Assembly: GCF_006345805.1 (NCBI RefSeq)
Contig: NC_043017.1
Span: forward strand, 18,538,001 to 18,602,000
Direction of reading: 5' to 3'
Length of the DNA: 64,000 nt
Origin: Octopus sinensis
Taxonomy: Eukaryota
Of this stretch, positions 24,231 to 36,673 are shown one piece after another (positions within the stretch are counted from its first letter, which is position 1; the number at the start of each line of letters is the position of its first letter). Position numbers and translations under genes: made by a program. Below the pieces are notes generated by a model. The model had not been told where the DNA came from, did not search any database, and saw only the letters and a list, made by a program, of their open reading frames with translations.

Positions 24231-27150
24231 CCCTGCCCTACCAAAAAAAATAATAACATCACATTAGCGTTAAACTGACACAAAAATTGAGCTAAGAGAA
24301 ATAACTCGAAATGGCCAGTGGCATGTATTTGAATAACATAGACAAATGCTAGTTTGTTAAATGCTTTGCAACAAAAATTCATTATTTATTAAAATAATCA
24401 CCGCCTCTAGAAGATGTATCATAGTTTGAGTGGGGGAGTTAATATCAAGATTTAAGGGTTCTCCAAAATTGACATACCATTAAGGAAAGGCTTATTGTTT
24501 GAGCAAAGCCTTTTTATTTATTTATTTATTTATCTATTTCATATTTTACTGCAGATGATATGGCAGAGTGCATGAGCCGTTTGCTAGGTGTTTGTTAATA
24601 TTTGCTGTTGGTTGAGGCCAAGTGTAAATGATTTAACAACACCTTGATAACATATAGATGTGATTTATTAACACCACACATGTCATATGAAGTTGGTCAT
24701 GCATTACAAAGTATCCATGTAGAGTCAACAAGATGAAAGAAAGTTAATGCAACCCGTAAAGTTGCTGGATATCAAAATTTAGCACTGGGGCTGGATAAAA
24801 CACAAAGAATATATATACTGCTATATACATGCGACAGCTTCATGTCTACCACCACAAATTGCATGTCAGTTTAAGCATGCAGTTGTTAAAAAGATTTCAC
24901 GAGTGTGAAGACAATTACTCCGGCCTGGCATCAACAACATTCTGCAAATTGGCGCTCAAAATGGTCTTTATTCATAGGCTTAGTATGGAGAAAACTCTGG
25001 AGAAACTATTACGTGAAAACTAGCTTCAGATTGGCACTGATAACTTGGCTTCACACGTGGTTTGAAGTCCAGAATTGTGACAACTCCGGTTCAAGTCTAC
25101 TAAAACCCCCAACAGAGCCTCTGAAATTGGTGACAGGGAAGGAGAGAAGTATCACTAAAACGTGAGACTTGGTCTAAATGCTTGCAAGACAGTAGATTCC
25201 ACAAAAGACCCCCCACGTCACCAGGTAGTAATATTAAATGGGGTGAAGGGTTAATTCTACCACTCTAAGTCGGCCACAGCAGATTTGAACTCAGAATGCA
25301 AAGAGCTGCAGCAAACACTGCAAGACACCTGGTCCAACGTTCTTATACTTCCACCAATCCACGCTCTTGGATTGCTCCTTTTTTATCAATCCCTGAAAGG
25401 AAGAATGTACCCATGATTCACTTGGATTCTTCACTGAGGTTTTGGAGCAGCTGTCTTTCAAGGTCCCTTATATTATCATCATCATTTAACGTGTTTTCCA
25501 TGCTGGCATGAGTTCAATGGTTGGACAGGAGTTGGCAAGGCCAAGTGCCATGCCAGGCTTCAGTCATCTCTTTTGGCATGGTTTCAAATGATGAATGCCC
25601 TTCCTAATGCCAATCACTTTATAGAGTGTGTTGGGTGCTTTCGTGTGACATCAACACCAATGCTTTTTATATGGCACCAACACCAACAGGGTCACCAAGT
25701 ACATTGCAAAATAAATTATGAATGGCATTAGAACTGAACACAAGTATAACCATGAAATCCTGTAAGAGTTCTAATTATATTTGTGACCTTTAGCATAGCC
25801 AAAGGTGGATGGACCACCCCAGGTGACACTTTTGGGTCCAGTGTATAAACTTGTATAGCAATGGTGTGGTGGTGGGGGGAGAGACAGCAAATTCAAAGGC
25901 TAGCCCAGGTGGCACATACTCCAGCCATTCCACTGAATGTGATGGACTTTATACAGTTTCTGCCTACCGAATTCCACCCACAGGGTATTAATTGTCCAAA
26001 GATGTTTGCCCCATGTTCCACCCAATGAGATTGACCCTGGAACCAGATGGTTGTGAAGCAAGCTTCTTAACCACACAGCCTTCAATTCAATTCTCATCTC
26101 AGATTCTTTTGTCGAACAACAACTTACCTTTGCATCAGACTCTTGTGCCTAGGATGAGTCATTAAGCCAATATTATTTTAACAGAAATATCTTTATTTGT
26201 CTAAAAACTGATATAGACAATCAGATGAACATCAAGAAACAACAGGAAACAGTAATATTTTCAAAAACACATTTATTAAACATTTATAAAAAAACAATAA
26301 CAGACAGAAACAATGCTGGGATTTGAACCAAGAATCTGTTAATTGCTGGGTCTCTTGGTTGTTTCTCTCTCAAATACAGAGCTAATATCAATGTAATATT
26401 GCATAGTTTGTGAATTAATGGCTAAGATTTTAGATTTTAAAATAAATGATTTCAAACATTATAGACAGAAATATGAGGGGAATAGATAGATAGATAGACA
26501 GACAGACAGTGAGGGGGAGGATAAGAAAGAGAGAGAGAGATAAGACCAACAGGTCCCTACAGGGCAGATTCAGCAAACAATAGATAGATTTTAAGTCATT
26601 TCCTATCCTTCAGGACCTTTTGCAGAACTCCACGACTGGATGAAGAGAGGAAGAATCTCCAGACTAAAGACACCCAGGGGCAAGTAGATGGTGTTAAACT
26701 GGGTGAAAAAAATACAAAACCCCATCTAGCACCAGGTGTAACACTACTAAAGGGTCCAAGACCCAGGTGGTTGTGTTAAAACCAGGCAAATGATTAAAGA
26801 TATCACCCATACAAAATTCCATAAACTCCAATGAAGGTACCCCAGGGTAAAGAGTCGGTGGTGGTGTAAAACTGAATTGAATATCTACCACCCACTTTTC
26901 TTGCTCTTGGTTATTCTGTCTTGAATTGATAATTTTTATGCATCATTATACATAAAAATCACCAATTTGAGAAGTATTGAAAAAATTGTGCAAAAATTAA
27001 TTCAATATGAATAATTGGAACAAAAATATACATTGTCTAATGTCCAGAAAGCATCAGTCAGGTCATTATATAATAACACTTTGTTTGCACTGGCATCCTG
27101 GCTGTTAACAACTAGAACAGAAATATATTGTGTAGTTTCTTGCACAATGA

Positions 27151-27201
27151 TCAGGTTGTTACATAATTCTCTGGTTGGACTGGCATGGTGACAGTTAATA
27201 A
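27151..27201 (-). CDS. PIH1D1: PIH1D1 last coding exon (LLTVTMPVQPENYVTT*)
   Basis: catttcag acceptor, TGA at 27153-27151. The ten exons sum to 939 nt = 312 aa + stop. AATAAA candidates on the minus strand near 26272 and 26212. Confidence 0.88.
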   Translation of the reverse strand, partial: LLTVTMPVQPENYVTT

Positions 27202-27347
27202 CTGAAATGGAGATAAAAAACAACAGTTAAAGTTTGTTATATTCAGAACAGATAGACTTTATTCAATGGTCTTACAAACTTGCAATTTGTTTCAAATAAT
27301 TTACAGCATCTTTAGACAAAATTAGTCAGAATTAATATCCAGGAAGC

Positions 27348-27379
<32 letters not shown>

Positions 27380-27550
27380 GGTTAATCCAAACGAGAAAAC
27401 AGAAAAAACAACAACACAAATACATATATATATATATATACATACACAAATACATATATATATATATACATACACAAATATATAAATATATATATATATA
27501 TACACAAATACATATATATATATATATATACATACACAAATATATATATA

Positions 27551-28863
27551 AATCCTTAAAATCCTTAAAAATGTTTTAGCCCGAAGGCCGCGGCCATGCT
27601 GGGGCACCACCGCTGAATGAGCTACACTAGTTTGTGAATCCACCTCTGATACGTGGCACTTGATCAACAGGGAGTTCGATGCTGCTGCCCGCATCCGTGT
27701 CTCCTGTCGTGAGGTAGGTTCATCTGGGACTCCCAACAAGAAGAGATCCAGTTTAGTTTTAAAGAAACCCACATCCACACCATGTAAGTCTCTCAGGCAT
27801 TTAGGGAGGATGTTAAAGAGCTGTGGTCCTCTGAAACCCAAGCTGTTGCAGTATATGGACCTGTATTTTGATGGTGATGTTGGAATCCTTGGCACCACGC
27901 AGCAGCGCCCTGTTCTGCGGTTGGAGTAACTTTGAATGCCAAAGTTTGGGACAAGACCCTCCAGGATTTTCCAGATGTATATCACTGCATATCTCTCCCG
28001 CCTCCGCTCCAGGGAGAAGAGGTTTAATACCTTCAGTCTTTCCCAGTAGCTGACATTTTGCATTGAGACGATTTTCTTTGTGTAGCTTCTCTGAGTTGCT
28101 TCGAGTTCTGCTGTTTGTTTTATATTGTGTGGTGACCAAAGTTGGGAGCAGTAGTCCAAGTGGCTGAGGACAAATGTTTTCCATAGGACCATCAGTGTCT
28201 CCTTCTCTCTTGTTCTGAAAGTTCGGAGAATCCATCCAGCTAGCCGTCTGCATTTTATCACCAGATTAGCAATATGCATTTGGAAAGATGCATCATTGCT
28301 CATGTCAATGCCCAGGTCACGCACTGATTTTGACTCAGGGATTGCAATTCTTCCTGGGCCAGTGTATCCAGTCTTCACGTCATTTACCTTTGTGTGCCAG
28401 TAGCGCAGGGCCTGGAACTTACCTGCATTAAACTGCATGTTGTTGTCCTCAGCCCACCTGTATATTGTGTCCAGCTCATGTTGCAGATGCGCAATATTTT
28501 CAGGGTTTTGTATTGCGTGGGAGAGTTTTGTGTCATCTGCATAGCTAGCAAGGGTGGTCATCGTAGCAACTGAAGGCATGTCTGAAAGGGCCACTATGAA
28601 CATCAGTGGCCCCAAGACAGTGCCCTGTGGGACACCGCTTGTTATTTGCATTTCCTTGGAGGTGGCTCCATTGCTCACAACTGCCTGTTTTCTGTCTTTT
28701 AGGAAGTTGTGCAGCCACTCTCCAAGTTTCCCGCCTATGCCGAGACCACGCAGTTTGTGACAGATCATACCATGGTCGACTTTATCAAAGGCTTTTGCAA
28801 AGTCAAGATATATTACATCCACATTTGAGCCATTTAGTAGCTGTTTCAACACCCAGTCATAGT
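27551..28863 (-). mobile_element. 5'-truncated CR1/L2-group LINE (RT domain plus C-terminus), copy 1, in the last PIH1D1 intron
   Basis: YLDFAKAFDKVDH, GVPQGTVLGP, YADD, LDYCSQLWSP, SLERRRERY; 3' tail of TAAGGATTT repeats; inserted in a TA-rich microsatellite. Confidence 0.95.
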
Positions 28864-28970
28864 ATCATCATCATCATATATATATATACATACACAAATA
28901 TATAAATATATATATATATATACACAAATACATATATATATATATATATACATACACAAATATATATATA

Positions 28971-30282
28971 AATCCTTAAAATCCTTAAAAATGTTTTAGC
29001 CCGAAGGCCGCGGCCATGCTGGGGCACCACCGCTGAATGAGCTACACTAGTTTGTGAATCCACCTCTGATACGTGGCACTTGATCAACAAGGGAGTTCGA
29101 TGCTGCTGCCCGCATCCGTGTCTCCTGTCGTGAGGTAGGTTCATCTGGGACTCCCAACAAGAAGAGATCCAGTTTAGTTTTAAAGAAACCCACATCCACA
29201 CCATGTAAGTCTCTCAGGCATTTAGGGAGGATGTTAAAGAGCTGTGGTCCTCTGAAACCCAAGCTGTTGCAGTATATGGACCTGTATTTTGATGGTGATG
29301 TTGGAATCCTTGGCACCACGCAGCAGCGCCCTGTTCTGCGGTTGGAGTAACTTTGAATGCCAAAGTTGGGACAAGACCCTCCAGGATTTTCCAGATGTAT
29401 ATCACTGCATATCTCTCCCGCCTCCGCTCCAGGGAGAAGAGGTTAATACCTTCAGTCTTTCCCAGTAGCTGACATTTTGCATTGAGACGATTTTCTTTGT
29501 GTAGCTTCTCTGAGTTGCTTCGAGTTCTGCTGTTTGTTTTATATTGTGTGGTGACCAAAGTTGGGAGCAGTAGTCCAAGTGGCTGAGGACAAATGTTTTC
29601 CATAGGACCATCAGTGTCTCCTTCTCTCTTGTTCTGAAAGTTCGGAGAATCCATCCAGCTAGCCGTCTGCATTTTATCACCAGATTAGCAATATGCATTT
29701 GGAAAGATGCATCATTGCTCATGTCAATGCCCAGGTCACGCACTGATTTTGACTCAGGGATTGCAATTCTTCCTGGGCCAGTGTATCCAGTCTTCACGTC
29801 ATTTACCTTTGTGTGCCAGTAGCGCAGGGCCTGGAACTTACCTGCATTAAACTGCATGTTGTTGTCCTCAGCCCACCTGTATATTGTGTCCAGCTCATGT
29901 TGCAGATGCGCAATATTTTCAGGGTTTTGTATTGCGTGGGAGAGTTTTGTGTCATCTGCATAGCTAGCAAGGGTGGTCATCGTAGCAACTGAAGGCATGT
30001 CTGAAAGGGCCACTATGAACATCAGTGGCCCCAAGACAGTGCCCTGTGGGACACCGCTTGTTATTTGCATTTCCTTGGAGGTGGCTCCATTGCTCACAAC
30101 TGCCTGTTTTCTGTCTTTTAGGAAGTTGTGCAGCCACTCTCCAAGTTTCCCGCCTATGCCGAGACCACGCAGTTTGTGACAGATCATACCATGGTCGACT
30201 TTATCAAAGGCTTTTGCAAAGTCAAGATATATTACATCCACATTTGAGCCATTTAGTAGCTGTTTCAACACCCAGTCATAGT
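28971..30282 (-). mobile_element. Same LINE fragment, tandem copy 2
   Basis: By eye, identical to copy 1 except three 1-nt homopolymer indels; offset 1420 falling to 1419 nt. Confidence 0.95.
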
Positions 30283-30310
30283 ATCATCATCATCATATAT
30301 ATATATATAC

Positions 30311-30356
<46 letters not shown>

Positions 30357-31463
30357 ATTTACATACATGTATATATATATAGACATATACAGCCAAATAG
30401 ACACACACACATACATATACATACACACACATATATGGTGGTTGTTCTTTGCAAAGCTTGACCTATTCTTGTACCTATAATAGCTCTTTCCTAGCGTGAG
30501 ATCTTAAATGACTTTTGAGCCCAAATATCAACTGATATCAGACTCAAATAAACAAAATTCTGTTGAACTGAAGTTTCGGAGTTCGAGTTCGGAGGGAGGG
30601 AGTGAGTGAGTGAGTAAGTAAGGAAGGAACGAGTATGTGTGAAGATATTGATGGAAGGGAGATAACTGCGTCATCCACGACTAATTTGTTCTTGAGAAAA
30701 TAAATAAATTTGAAATAAAAATTTAAAAAATTACAAACGGCTCTTTATGAGTATGAAAGGCCTCCATCAACCATAGTTGACTATGTCTCTCTCTCTCTGT
30801 ATATATATATATATATAGACACACACACACACACACACATATATAAATGTATACACACACAGGATTGGAAAGGCTGTTTCTTTACAGAAGATTGAGAGTT
30901 ACACAACCACATCATCCTAATCCTCATCATCATTTAGTGTAAGTCCTCCAAGCTGGCAGAGGTTGGATGGCTTGACAGGACATGGCAAGCCACAAGACTG
31001 CTTTGTGCCCCAATGCCAGCTTTGGCGTAGTTCCTACGGCTGGATACCTTTCCTAACGCCAACTGGTTTTCAGATTGAACTGGGTGCTTTTTGCATGCCA
31101 CCTGCACCAGTGAGGTTAACAAGACAGAAAAAGAACAGGAAAAAGGGGGGGAAAAAAGCCCCTCAAGAATAGGGTAGGAGTACTTGAGAAGTAGGGAAGA
31201 TGATTTCATGTCAGGTGTTAAAATTCCCTTCTCTACGCCAACATTTTTGTCCACAGGGATGGCCACCGACACCAGTGGTGTCACAGATATTGTTGTCAAA
31301 ACACAAACAGTAGGAATATAAATACGACAAGGTATTTCACTGGACCCTCTAACACTTCCAACCATCCACCACCTTCAGATTGGTATTTTTTATTTTCATT
31401 GATCCTGAAAGAATGTACAGCATGATAAATATGTGTCTATACGGGCATAAGTAAATTTATTAT

Positions 31464-31466
<3 letters not shown>

Positions 31467-31508
<42 letters not shown>

Positions 31509-31930
31509 TGTGTACAGTGCTCAGGTGCACTACAACTCATCTAAAGTGTATATATAATCAGGTGTAGTTTCGGCGGATTTCGGAAAGCATGAGGGCCTTA
31601 AAGGATGCAGTGTCATGGCAGTCAACAACTGACGCAGGCAGTTTATTCCATGCTTCAGCAACTCTGAGCGTGAAAAAATGTTTCCGAAAGTCATGGGAGC
31701 TGTGTTGTTTTCTGACTTTGTAGGCATGTCCACGTGTGTTAGACACATGGAGATCAAAAAGGTGTTCAGTGTTGTTGTTGGTGAGGTGGTTGATAACTTT
31801 GTGGGTGTTTACCAAGTCCGTCGCCCAGACGCCAGAGCTTCAGTGACTCCATGCCCAGGGAAACAAGGCACTCAGAATATGGTAGGTGTCTGATGGAGGG
31901 TATGCGTTTGGTTGCATGTCTCTGGACAGA
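31467..31930 (-). mobile_element. Young CR1-type LINE 3' end with (TTA)n tail
   Basis: DLVNTHKVINHL...TRGHAYKVRKQHSSHDFRKHFFTLRVAEAWNKLP; 3' UTR gatgagttgtagtgcacctgagcactgtacacaa followed by (TTA)n. Confidence 0.85.
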
Positions 31931-32695
31931 TTCCTTGTGTATATCTTTGTACACAAATGCAAGTCTATATAAACAATCTGTTCTTCAGCCTTCCACTTTT
32001 ATTGCATTTTAATGAGTTTGTGTCAGAACCCTGTAATCTAACTAAAATAGATTAAAATAAAAACAAAATAGCCTTATCTTCTTACTCTTTATGAAACAGA
32101 ATCTGAAGGTTCACATTTCCTTACCTCTCCTCTCTTCCACATTTCTCCCCCACTATTATCCCCTTCCTCTCACCTCCCCAATCAAGTCACCTGTTTCCTC
32201 TGTATAGCTACATGCTACAGTGGTTTAGTCACTCTCTGACCGAATTTTGGTCAGTAGACTCCAAAAAATGGTACTTTTGACTTTGTTACTGAGATGTCCA
32301 AAAGGTTTAATTCCTACATGTATCCAGTTGATGAAAACACATTTTTCCGCATGATGTAACACGTCAACAAAAAAAAAAAAAACACATCTTAAACAGCTGT
32401 AATGAACCACAACCCATCTGTTGTTATTCATATATATATCATCATCATCATCATCCTTTAACGTTTGTTGTCCATGCTGGCATGGGTTGGACATTTTGAC
32501 CAGAGCTAGTAAATTGGAAAGCTGTACGAGACTCCAGTCTGACTTAGCATGGTTTTCTATGGCTGGATGCCCTTCCTAACATGCCAATCATTCTGAGAGT
32601 GTAATGGGTGCAGGAGTAAATCCAAATTTCTTAGATGTCACTGCATGTACAAACTAATTAAATTTAAATAAGCACTGATAATCTTTGATAATTAC

Positions 32696-32839
32696 CTTAG
32701 TCTTTCTATTGAACTGTGCCCCACAGTTTTCCTGGATGATGTTGTATGGAAAATAGATATCTAACAAGTAGACATCCGATCTCGTTTCTAGAAGCAAGCG
32801 GTCTTCTCCGATATTGAGAATCAATGACGTAGCAATTTT
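32696..32839 (-). CDS. PIH1D1: PIH1D1 exon 9 (CS domain; KIATSLILNIGEDRLLL...YLLDIYFPY...AQFNRKTK)
   Basis: 144 nt, ttcacag/GTAATT, phase 0/0; resembles human LSLEIGENRL...YHLDAYIP...AAFHRKRK. Confidence 0.95.
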
Positions 32840-34176
32840 CTGTGAAAGGGAAAAGTGAACAGAGAAAGAAAAATGGCTTTTATATGGAAGTTCAGACGAG
32901 ACAAAAGAATTTGATTCATAAAGGCACAAAGAGAACAGACATTGTAACAGTAAGGATGATAATGATGAGTGTTGTTTTTTAGCCCAAGGATAGTCCAGAC
33001 AGAACAGGCTTTTGATTTTAGGTAACCTGGCAACAAGTAGAGCATCTGGTTGAAGGAAATCTGTCTCAATGAATTCCATCCGACTCATTCAAGGATGGGA
33101 AAGTAGGTGCAAAAAGGATGACAATGGTGCATTTAGGACTACATTATTTAACGTGTTCTTTGTTTGGTCTCAAGTGAGACCCTTATGAAGTAAACTTGTA
33201 ACCAAAGATGTCTGAATAGTTACAGACCAGGCTTATCAACACCATCATCATCATCATCATTTAACGTCTGTTTTCCAAGCTGGCATGGGTTGGACGGTTC
33301 AACTGGGGTCTGGGAAGCCAGGAAACTGCACCAGGCTCCAATCTGATCTGGCAGTGTTTCTACAGCTGGATGCCCTTCCTAACGCCAACCACTCCGAGAA
33401 TACAGTGGGTGCTTTTTGTGTGCCACCAGCACAGGAGCCAGAGGGGGCTGGCACAAAGTAAATTGCTGGTCTGTGACTTACATGGAAATGGAGTGAAGCA
33501 AATGAACACACTACGTATAAGCAATCAATAACATTTAGGAAGGGCGTCCGGCCATAGAAGCCAAGCCAAATCAGACTGGAACCTGGTGCAGCTCTCTGGT
33601 TCCAGTCAAACTGTCCAACCCATGCCAGCATGGAAAGTGGATGATGATGATGATGGTGATATATATACAGACACACACACAGAGTGAGAGGCTGTCTGTA
33701 GTTTGAGTATTTTACAACCATAAGCTTTTATTTGGAGTTGCTGATTTCCTAAATGGGTTGCTTTTGCTACAGCATACAGAGGCCTGAGTGTAGTGATTAG
33801 CATAAAGGAAGGGCCTGGTGAAGGAGGGGCATTGGATATAACAAGGGTAATGGGAGGTGGAGAAGTGAATGGGATGGAGTGCCTAAGCAGGAAGGAGGAA
33901 TGTGAGCCCAGCCAGCTCCAAGGAGCAACAGTGATTATAGCAGCAGAGAGGAGACAGTACAGCTGTCAGTCAGAGGATGGAAGTGTGTCAGTGAGTTAGA
34001 ATTTCTAACTGTTACATGTACAGAAGAAATGGTCAATTTTCACAGCCTCCTCAAGAAACTGAGAAAATATATAGCAGAGACATTTATCCAAAATAAGTTT
34101 TATCTGCCATGAGAAACAAGTCTTTGATGAGGGAATATCAAAAACCTATAAAAGTGCAAAACATAAATTTACTTAC

Positions 34177-34264
34177 AATTTTGGGAAGGTTTATTTCTGC
34201 TACCATAAATTCTGGATGTCCTTGAGCAGGGTCTTTCAGCAATTTATACAAAGGCTTTTCTCCA
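34177..34264 (-). CDS. PIH1D1: PIH1D1 exon 8 (GEKPLYKLLKDPAQGHPEFMVAEINLPKI)
   Basis: 88 nt, ttaacag/GTAAGT, phase 2/0; start of the CS domain (human LLAEIDLPKL). Confidence 0.92.
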
Positions 34265-34481
34265 CTGTTAAACATAAAACAACACATGGCTTATTAATAA
34301 CTCAAATAAGAGCTGCTAACAAGAACAATAATGATAATAATAGTAATTACTGACATAGGCACAGGTGTGGCTACTTTCCAACTACATGGTTCTGAGTTCA
34401 GTCCCAGTGTGGCACTTTAGGCAAGTATCTTTGGTAGATGGAAACTGAAAGAAGCCCATTATACTGCGTGTGTATCACTGA

Positions 34482-34670
34482 CGATTTTCTTTCTCCGTCT
34501 TCCCTTCCTTGGACCTTTCCTTTTTCTATGTTTCTGACGAAGAGCTCCGCTCGAAACATTAAATCCTCCTTCTTTCTTTCCTTTCCTGAGCGTCCAATAA
34601 CACTATACTTGTTCTATGTCCTCGCATTGTTGCGTTTTCTCTTTGTGCTTTCATGTTTGGATTAACTATA
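34482..34670 (+). mobile_element. Probable Penelope-like element terminal-repeat remnant with a decayed minimal hammerhead (34530-34564)
   Basis: gttt-CTGACGA-a-gagc(tcc)gctc-GAAA-catt-aaat: core and stem II are present; the ACGT stem III palindrome reads ACAT (CpG decay). Confidence 0.55.
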
Positions 34671-34671
34671 T

Positions 34672-35105
34672 CATCATCATCATCGTTTAACGTCCGTTTT
34701 CCATGCTGGCATGGGTTGGAAGGTTCAACCGGGGTCTGGGAACCCAGGAGGCTGCACCAGGCTTCAGTCTGATCTGGCAGTGTTTCTACAGCTGGATGCC
34801 CTGCCTAATGCCAACCACTCCGTGAGTGTAGTGGATGCTTTTTACGTGCCAGGGGAGGCTGGCAACGTCCACGATCGGTTGGTGCATTTTACGTGCCACC
34901 GGCACGGAAGCCAATGAAGGCGGAGCTGGCATCGACCACGTACAGATGGTGCTTTTTACGTGCCACTGGCACAGGTACCAGGGGAGGCTGGCAACGGCCA
35001 CGATCGGTTGGTGCTTTTTATGTGTCACCAGCACGGAAGCCAGTCAAGGCGGTACTGGCATCGGCCACGTATGGATGGTGCTTTTTTAGGTTCCACTGGC
35101 ACAGG
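34672..35105 (-). mobile_element. (GAT)n-tailed RTE-associated short element with internal tandem repeats; family also at about 13560, 13975, 15500, 18715, 25485, 30930, 32450, 33243, 33540, 44860
   Basis: Recurring ggcgttaggaagggcatccagc...tccaacccatgccagcatggaaaacggacgttaaacgatgatgat. Confidence 0.8.
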
Positions 35106-35826
35106 TATCACAACTACAATTTCCATTTGATTTTTTGATGTTGATGGTGATGTACTTGACTCAATAGGTTTCCTCAAGCACAGCAGGTCACCCTACGATC
35201 CAAGTTAAGTGCAGCAGGCCATCCTGCAGTCCAAGGTACTTTTGAAGGGCTGGGGCATCTATTTGAAGCTGGAGTTGAATGCAGATGCTATTCAAATTCT
35301 TTTACTTTTGAAATATGTTTCAAAGACAACATTGGTTTTATTCCAAAGGAATAAATGGTGTAAAATGCAATCTTCTCATCAGGAAAGAAAGAGAACCTAT
35401 CTCAACAAGACATTATAACAATTTTGATGACTGTATAAATGATAAACAGAAATTATACTACACAAATTACTGCACATGAACCTGAAGTTTCTACCTTTGA
35501 ATAGGCCGCTACATCCTTGTTACTTGCGTGAATTTGGCTACCCTGGTAACTGTTTATTGAATTTTCCATGTTAACGGTAAACAAAGGATAATTCATTCAT
35601 CCATATATATATATATATACACACACAAACACAACAGGCTTCATTCAGTTTCTGATTAAAAGATCTACCCAGAAGGCTTTGGCTTTGGGGTTATAGCAGA
35701 GGACATCCACGGTGTCATGCAATAGGACCGAACCCAGAACCATGTGGTTGAGAAGTAAGCCTTTTAACCACACCTGTACCTATTATTATATCATTTTAGA
35801 ATTATATAAAGTAAGAAAATACATAC

Positions 35827-35913
35827 ATATGTTGCACTGCATGGCTGGATATTTCTTTGATCAGTGGAGTAGATGGTGCTGCAGGCTGTAGACTGGACTC
35901 TGACCCTACATTA
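35827..35913 (-). CDS. PIH1D1: PIH1D1 exon 7 (linker; NVGSESSLQPAAPSTPLIKEISSHAVQH)
   Basis: 87 nt, cttacag/GTATGT, phase 2/2; open and frame-compatible with both neighbours, but low sequence conservation. Confidence 0.75.
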
Positions 35914-36673
35914 CTGTAAGAAACCAAAGACAAACACAATGGTTATTAAATTGCTGTTGTTAATGACTGGTTGTCATATAAAATGTCATATAAATGTGCA
36001 CCAGCTCTTTGCTAAAGTCAACCTTTGCTTTTCATCCATTTGAAATCAATAAAATAAATACTAATTGAGCCTCCTTGGGTTCAAGTAACTGCCTTGGCCC
36101 TTTCCTCGAAAGTACCCTGAGTATTTTATTTAACTACCATTAGAAACGCAAAGAGTGGAAATAGATATTTTCCTTCCTTTTTTCCATTGCTCTATCATAA
36201 TTGAAAATGAGAATAAGCAATGTTAACAGAAAAGATGTCACGAGATTGGTCTTCCCCTTTTGCTTGTGTTATCAGTGGTTAGTATATCATTCGGCTCACA
36301 ATTGTAAGGTCATGGGTTCAATTGCTGGTAGTGCATTGTGTCCTTGAGCAAGACACTTTATTTTATGATGCTGCAGTTCACTCAGCTGGCAAAAATGAGT
36401 AGTACCTGTATTTCAAAAAGGGCCAACTTTGCCCCATTCTGTGTCATGCTGAATCTCCCTGAGGACTATATTAAAGGTACACAAGTCTGTGGAGTACTCA
36501 GCCGCTTGCACATTAATTTCACGAACAGACTGTGCCATTGATTGAACCAACTGGAACCTTCGTCAATGCAAAAACAGACAGAGTCCCAGTTCTTAGGAAA
36601 TGGTTTAACTCTCTCAGACCTCAAGATCTATTTTGCACTTTCACTTTTCCTGAAAGAAGAAAAGGTTACTTAC

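Noticed and set aside
27347-28852. 501-aa RT ORF as a host gene or complete element
   Set aside because: It is a 5'-truncated LINE with no ATG or endonuclease domain; the apparent C-terminal extension results from a 1-nt frameshift into 3' UTR and microsatellite.
27660-30480. Plus-strand ORFs overlapping the LINE copies
   Set aside because: Antisense shadows of the RT reading frame.
34845-35105. CRISPR-like repeat-spacer pattern
   Set aside because: Eukaryotic context; the intervening segments are themselves repeated and degenerate, and there are no cas genes.
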